A stretch of 64,000 nt of DNA, from positions 1,215,211 through 1,279,210 of the forward strand of contig CBDEUS010000001.1 in assembly GCA_965243395.1 (NCBI GenBank). The letters are read 5' to 3'. Shown here one piece after another: positions 60,401 through 64,000 of this stretch (position 1 is the stretch's first letter; every line of letters starts with the position of its first letter). The position numbers and the translations under genes were made by a program. Under the pieces are notes generated by a model, which saw nothing but the letters and a program-made list of their open reading frames with translations, was not told the origin of the DNA and searched no databases. This DNA comes from Gammaproteobacteria bacterium (lineage in GTDB: Bacteria > Pseudomonadota > Gammaproteobacteria > UBA4575).

Positions 60401-63400
60401 AAGTCTAACGCCGAGGGATCGTTCACCGTCACTTCACCCGTGGTCGCATCAATCGCAAACGCATTCCCAGGGTTGTTACTTAAACTGTAAGTAACGTCAT
60501 CACCAATATCTAAATCTTCCGCAAACGCGGTCACGCCCACACTGTCACCGACATTCGCACTTTCGTTCACCGTGTTGCTCGCCGCATCACTGTCGCTCAC
60601 CGCACTGATGTCGTACTCGTCCGCATCATCACTGATGCTGATGTTGAACGTCGCAGACGAACTCGAACCGTCATCCGACGTCGCCGTCACTTCGATGCTC
60701 ATGGTCGGATTGGTTTCAAAGTCTAACGCCGAGGGATCGTTCACCGTCACTTCACCCGTGGTCGCATCAATCGCAAACGCATTCCCAGGGTTGTTACTTA
60801 AACTGTAAGTAACGTCATCACCAATATCTAAATCTTCCGCAAACGCGGTCACGCCCACACTGTCACCGACATTCGCACTTTCGTTCACCGTGTTGCTCGC
60901 CGCATCACTGTCGCTCACCGCACTGATGTCGTACTCGTCCGCATCATCACTGATGCTGATGTTGAACGTCGCAGACGAACTCGAACCGTCATCCGACGTC
61001 GCCGTCACTTCGATGCTCATGGTCGGATTGGTTTCAAAGTCTAACGCCGAGGGATCGTTCACCGTCACTTCACCCGTGGTCGCATCAATCGCAAACGCAT
61101 TCCCAGGGTTGTTACTTAAACTGTAAGTAACGTCATCACCAATATCTAAATCTTCCGCAAACGCGGTCACGCCCACACTGTCACCGACATTCGCACTTTC
61201 GTTCACCGTGTTGCTCGCCGCATCACTGTCGCTCACCGCACTGATGTCGTACTCGTCCGCATCATCACTGATGCTGATGTTGAACGTCGCAGACGAACTC
61301 GAACCGTCATCCGACGTCGCCGTCACTTCGATGCTCATGGTCGGATTGGTTTCAAAGTCTAACGCCGAGGGATCGTTCACCGTCACTTCACCCGTGGTCG
61401 CATCAATCGCAAACGCATTCCCAGGGTTGTTACTTAAACTGTAAGTAACGTCATCACCAATATCTAAATCTTCCGCAAACGCGGTCACGCCCACACTGTC
61501 ACCGACATTCGCACTTTCGTTCACCGTGTTGCTCGCCGCATCACTGTCGCTCACCGCACTGATGTCGTACTCGTCCGCATCATCACTGATGCTGATGTTG
61601 AACGTCGCAGACGAACTCGAACCGTCATCCGACGTCGCCGTCACTTCGATGCTCATGGTCGGATTGGTTTCAAAGTCTAACGCCGAGGGATCGTTCACCG
61701 TCACTTCACCCGTGGTCGCATCAATCGCAAACGCATTCCCAGGGTTGTTACTTAAACTGTAAGTAACGTCATCACCAATATCTAAATCTTCCGCAAACGC
61801 GGTCACGCCCACACTGTCACCGACATTCGCACTTTCGTTCACCGTGTTGCTCGCCGCATCACTGTCGCTCACCGCACTGATGTCGTACTCGTCCGCATCA
61901 TCACTGATGCTGATGTTGAACGTCGCAGACGAACTCGAACCGTCATCCGACGTCGCCGTCACTTCGATGCTCATGGTCGGATTGGTTTCAAAGTCTAACG
62001 CCGAGGGATCGTTCACCGTCACTTCACCCGTGGTCGCATCAATCGCAAACGCATTCCCAGGGTTGTTACTTAAACTGTAAGTAACGTCATCACCAATATC
62101 TAAATCTTCCGCAAACGCGGTCACGCCCACACTGTCACCGACATTCGCACTTTCGTTCACCGTGTTGCTCGCCGCATCACTGTCGCTCACCGCACTGATG
62201 TCGTACTCGTCCGCATCATCACTGATGCTGATGTTGAACGTCGCAGACGAACTCGAACCGTCATCCGACGTCGCCGTCACTTCGATGCTCATGGTCGGAT
62301 TGGTTTCAAAGTCTAACGCCGAGGGATCGTTCACCGTCACTTCACCCGTGGTCGCATCAATCGCAAACGCATTCCCAGGGTTGTTACTTAAACTGTAAGT
62401 AACGTCATCACCAATATCTAAATCTTCCGCAAACGCGGTCACGCCCACACTGTCACCGACATTCGCACTTTCGTTCACCGTGTTGCTCGCCGCATCACTG
62501 TCGCTCACCGCACTGATGTCGTACTCGTCCGCATCATCACTGATGCTGATGTTGAACGTCGCAGACGAACTCGAACCGTCATCCGACGTCGCCGTCACTT
62601 CGATGCTCATGGTCGGATTGGTTTCAAAGTCTAACGCCGAGGGATCGTTCACCGTCACTTCACCCGTGGTCGCATCAATCGCAAACGCATTCCCAGGGTT
62701 GTTACTTAAACTGTAAGTAACGTCATCACCAATATCTAAATCTTCCGCAAACGCGGTCACGCCCACACTGTCACCGACATTCGCACTTTCGTTCACCGTG
62801 TTGCTCGCCGCATCACTGTCGCTCACCGCACTGATGTCGTACTCGTCCGCATCATCACTGATGCTGATGTTGAACGTCGCAGACGAACTCGAACCGTCAT
62901 CCGACGTCGCCGTCACTTCGATGCTCATGGTCGGATTGGTTTCAAAGTCTAACGCCGAGGGATCGTTCACCGTCACTTCACCCGTGGTCGCATCAATCGC
63001 AAACGCATTCCCAGGGTTGTTACTTAAACTGTAAGTAACGTCATCACCAATATCTAAATCTTCCGCAAACGCGGTCACGCCCACACTGTCACCGACATTC
63101 GCACTTTCGTTCACCGTGTTGCTCGCCGCATCACTGTCGCTCACCGCACTGATGTCGTACTCGTCCGCATCATCACTGATGCTGATGTTGAACGTCGCAG
63201 ACGAACTCGAACCGTCATCCGACGTCGCCGTCACTTCGATGCTCATGGTCGGATTGGTTTCAAAGTCTAACGCCGAGGGATCGTTCACCGTCACTTCACC
63301 CGTGGTCGCATCAATCGCAAACGCATTCCCAGGGTTGTTACTTAAACTGTAAGTAACGTCATCACCAATATCTAAATCTTCCGCAAACGCGGTCACGCCC

Positions 63401-64000
63401 ACACTGTCACCGACATTCGCACTTTCGTTCACCGTGTTGCTCGCCGCATCACTGTCGCTCACCGCACTGATGTCGTACTCGTCCGCATCATCACTGATGC
63501 TGATGTTGAACGTCGCAGACGAACTCGAACCGTCATCCGACGTCGCCGTCACTTCGATGCTCATGGTCGGATTGGTTTCAAAGTCTAACGCCGAGGGATC
63601 GTTCACCGTCACTTCACCCGTGGTCGCATCAATCGCAAACGCATTCCCAGGGTTGTTACTTAAACTGTAAGTAACGTCATCACCAATATCTAAATCTTCC
63701 GCAAACGCGGTCACGCCCACACTGTCACCGACATTCGCACTTTCGTTCACCGTGTTGCTCGCCGCATCACTGTCGCTCACCGCACTGATGTCGTACTCGT
63801 CCGCATCATCACTGATGCTGATGTTGAACGTCGCAGACGAACTCGAACCGTCATCCGACGTCGCCGTCACTTCGATGCTCATGGTCGGATTGGTTTCAAA
63901 GTCTAACGCCGAGGGATCGTTCACCGTCACTTCACCCGTGGTCGCATCAATCGCAAACGCATTCCCAGGGTTGTTACTTAAACTGTAAGTAACGTCATCA
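54460..64000 (-). CDS. Giant RTX/cadherin-repeat adhesin, T1SS substrate (5' end beyond the window)
   Basis: >3150 aa open frame; cadherin motifs (LDFE, AEDLD, FAIDATTGEVTV); ~14 GGxGxD-type nonapeptides; C-terminal FDGVEQIQW. Confidence 0.95.
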   Translation of the reverse strand, partial: DDVTYSLSNNPGNAFAIDATTGEVTVNDPSALDFETNPTMSIEVTATSDDGSSSSATFNISISDDADEYDISAVSDSDAASNTVNESANVGDSVGVTAFAEDLDIGDDVTYSLSNNPGNAFAIDATTGEVTVNDPSALDFETNPTMSIEVTATSDDGSSSSATFNISISDDADEYDISAVSDSDAASNTVNESANVGDSVGVTAFAEDLDIGDDVTYSLSNNPGNAFAIDATTGEVTVNDPSALDFETNPTMSIEVTATSDDGSSSSATFNISISDDADEYDISAVSDSDAASNTVNESANVGDSVGVTAFAEDLDIGDDVTYSLSNNPGNAFAIDATTGEVTVNDPSALDFETNPTMSIEVTATSDDGSSSSATFNISISDDADEYDISAVSDSDAASNTVNESANVGDSVGVTAFAEDLDIGDDVTYSLSNNPGNAFAIDATTGEVTVNDPSALDFETNPTMSIEVTATSDDGSSSSATFNISISDDADEYDISAVSDSDAASNTVNESANVGDSVGVTAFAEDLDIGDDVTYSLSNNPGNAFAIDATTGEVTVNDPSALDFETNPTMSIEVTATSDDGSSSSATFNISISDDADEYDISAVSDSDAASNTVNESANVGDSVGVTAFAEDLDIGDDVTYSLSNNPGNAFAIDATTGEVTVNDPSALDFETNPTMSIEVTATSDDGSSSSATFNISISDDADEYDISAVSDSDAASNTVNESANVGDSVGVTAFAEDLDIGDDVTYSLSNNPGNAFAIDATTGEVTVNDPSALDFETNPTMSIEVTATSDDGSSSSATFNISISDDADEYDISAVSDSDAASNTVNESANVGDSVGVTAFAEDLDIGDDVTYSLSNNPGNAFAIDATTGEVTVNDPSALDFETNPTMSIEVTATSDDGSSSSATFNISISDDADEYDISAVSDSDAASNTVNESANVGDSVGVTAFAEDLDIGDDVTYSLSNNPGNAFAIDATTGEVTVNDPSALDFETNPTMSIEVTATSDDGSSSSATFNISISDDADEYDISAVSDSDAASNTVNESANVGDSVGVTAFAEDLDIGDDVTYSLSNNPGNAFAIDATTGEVTVNDPSALDFETNPTMSIEVTATSDDGSSSSATFNISISDDADEYDISAVSDSDAASNTVNESANVGDSVGVTAFAEDLDIGDDVTYSLSNNPGNAFAIDATTGEVTVNDPSALDFETNPTMSIEVTATSDDGSSSSATFNISISDDADEYDISAVSDSDAASNTVNESANVGDSVGVTAFAEDLDIGDDVTYSLSNNPGNAFAIDATTGEVTVNDPSALDFETNPTMSIEVTATSDDGSSSSATFNISISDDADEYDISAVSDSDAASNTVNESANVGDSVGVTAFAEDLDIGDDVTYSLSNNPGNAFAIDATTGEVTVNDPSALDFETNPTMSIEVTATSDDGSSSSATFNISISDDADEYDISAVSDSDAASNTVNESANVGDSVGVTAFAEDLDIGDDVTYSLSNNPGNAFAIDATTGEVTVNDPSALDFETNPTMSIEVTATSDDGSSSSATFNISISDDADEYDISAVSDSDAASNTVNESANVGDSVGVTAFAEDLDIGDDVTYSLSNNPGNAFAIDATTGEVTVNDPSALDFETNPTMSIEVTATSDDGSSSSATFNISISDDADEYDISAVSDSDAASNTVNESANVGDSVGVTAFAEDLDIGDDVTYSLSNNPGNAFAIDATTGEVTVNDPSALDFETNPTMSIEVTATSDDGSSSSATFNISISDDADEYDISAVSDSDAASNTVNESANVGDSVGVTAFAEDLDIGDDVTYSLSNNPGNAFAIDATTGEVTVNDPSALDFETNPTMSIEVTATSDDGSSSSATFNISISDDADEYDISAVSDSDAASNTVNESANVGDSVGVTAFAEDLDIGDDVTYSLSNNPGNAFAIDATTGEVTVNDPSALDFETNPTMSIEVTATSDDGSSSSATFNISISDDADEYDISAVSDSDAASNTVNESANVGDSVGVTAFAEDLDIGDDVTYSLSNNPGNAFAIDATTGEVTVNDPSALDFETNPTMSIEVTATSDDGSSSSATFNISISDDADEYDISAVSDSDAASNTVNESANVGDSVGVTAFAEDLDIGDDVTYSLSNNPGNAFAIDATTGEVTVNDPSALDFETNPTMSIEVTATSDDGSSSSATFNISISDDADEYDISAVSDSDAASNTVNESANVGDSVGVTAFAEDLDIGDDVTYSLSNNPGNAFAIDATTGEVTVNDPSALDFETNPTMSIEVTATSDDGSSSSATFNISISDDNSEFSIGPIVDLDEGTSNQIIWTENFDGFADGTQADTGDTSWSVDESGAIITGNHGVNNDAYEFSQSYSAGGTQGDLVWQSESIDISNAENLSLSLDITSIGSLEDSGSAQDSIVIIANVDGVRHTLLTDDGNVDGGPNFSFSSIPEGSNLIIEVESMVSFGTETYRIDNIELSGDVTSAENNNTVSEIASVGDSVGITAFAEDLDASDSVTYSLSINPNNAFAIDANTGEVTVADPSGLDFETASSMQIEVTATSSDGSTSNASFDIAITDANEGGLVLTTNSLGNEDSAIALDIQVSNVEVGATVVVTIGAVPAGAVLSAGTDNGDGTWTLDQSDLSGLTITPPSHSDDDFTLTVQTDITEDGVTESYNNSIDVTVDAVVDAPTLVVTDADGVTNLATADFEIGSTSSGFETGPIDGWSAPAGNSIEVWHENDIAGDAAQGDMFIELDDQSAGTYPDAGLLERVETTTTDTAYELSFKVSPRPGFESYMDFNVNVIDESTGDIIKTVSIDWDGNTVSELTWQTHSIQFVGTGGDVRLQLQDVGAVHAYGRGAFIDDLQFNESSGYVAGQDIDLSSLINASLVDTDGSESMSIELTGIPTGAELASGGSSIAIVNGVAQVDASQLGSLTFNMKDGFTGDIDIGVSVTSTETSTGDTATVSDTLSMTIVSNDENFDALGSSSNDNLNGTIGDDTLYGGAGSDTIRGDAGDDTIYGGSDNDSLSGDAGQDSLFGGDGDDRISGGDDADLLFGGEGNDFLRGDDGDDVIYGGAGDDTLQGGDGNDVLIGGEGDDIAVGGAGDDVYIFEALGDSDSFSGGNGGGWTDVVELDVDIASQPDPDNPWTITVDGNEVSYDLDQGFLDVGSDVSGVITFDDGSEITFDGVEQIQW
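54715..55095 (-). repeat. RTX Ca2+-binding nonapeptide repeats (~14)
   Basis: GGAGSDTIR, GDAGDDTIY, GGDGDDRIS, GGEGNDFLR, GGAGDDTLQ and others. Confidence 0.93.
57127..64000 (-). repeat. Tandem 318-bp repeat (106-aa cadherin unit), ~21.6 apparently identical copies
   Basis: Exact 318-bp periodicity, also shown by identical antisense ORFs every 318 bp. Confidence 0.98.

Noticed and set aside
57392-63988. 21 identical 78-aa + strand ORFs (MLLAASLSLT...)
   Set aside because: Antisense shadow of the adhesin repeat; their periodicity is fully explained by the 318-bp unit
57127-64000. Possible CRISPR array or mobile-element array
   Set aside because: No unique spacers; the unit is 318 bp, in frame and protein-coding; no cas or transposase genes in the window

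Overview
Low-GC gammaproteobacterial window with three parts. (1) 1-37.3 kb is a near-complete polar-type flagellar cluster: flhG-flhF-flhA-flhB-fliRQPONML, fliK, fliJIHGFE, fleR-fleS-fleQ, fliT-fliS-fliD-flaG-fliC, flgLKJIHGFEDCB and flgAMN. It has one flagellin, clear sigma54 and sigma28 promoters, and candidate FleQ and FleR boxes. (2) 37.6-48.7 kb is a c-di-GMP/signalling block: a degenerate GGDEF protein, an active GGEEF protein, an FMN glutamate-synthase-family gene, a PilZ protein, a PomAB-like stator, a CheY-like regulator, and an orphan substrate-binding protein with a Cph1/Rcp1-like two-component pair. (3) 48.7-64 kb is a two-ATPase type I secretion system and the 3' part of a giant RTX/cadherin adhesin with at least 21 apparently identical 318-bp repeats. 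The most notable observations are a consensus-spaced sigma28 promoter driving the T1SS, an unannotated 33-aa membrane peptide after the adhesin, and an ERR...RPWS motif shared by a FliM N-terminal extension and the glutamate-synthase tail. FleQ lacks its N-terminal domain and most c-di-GMP contacts, and GGA-loop (CsrA-type) hairpins recur in leaders. All calls are from manual reading; no database searches were run.
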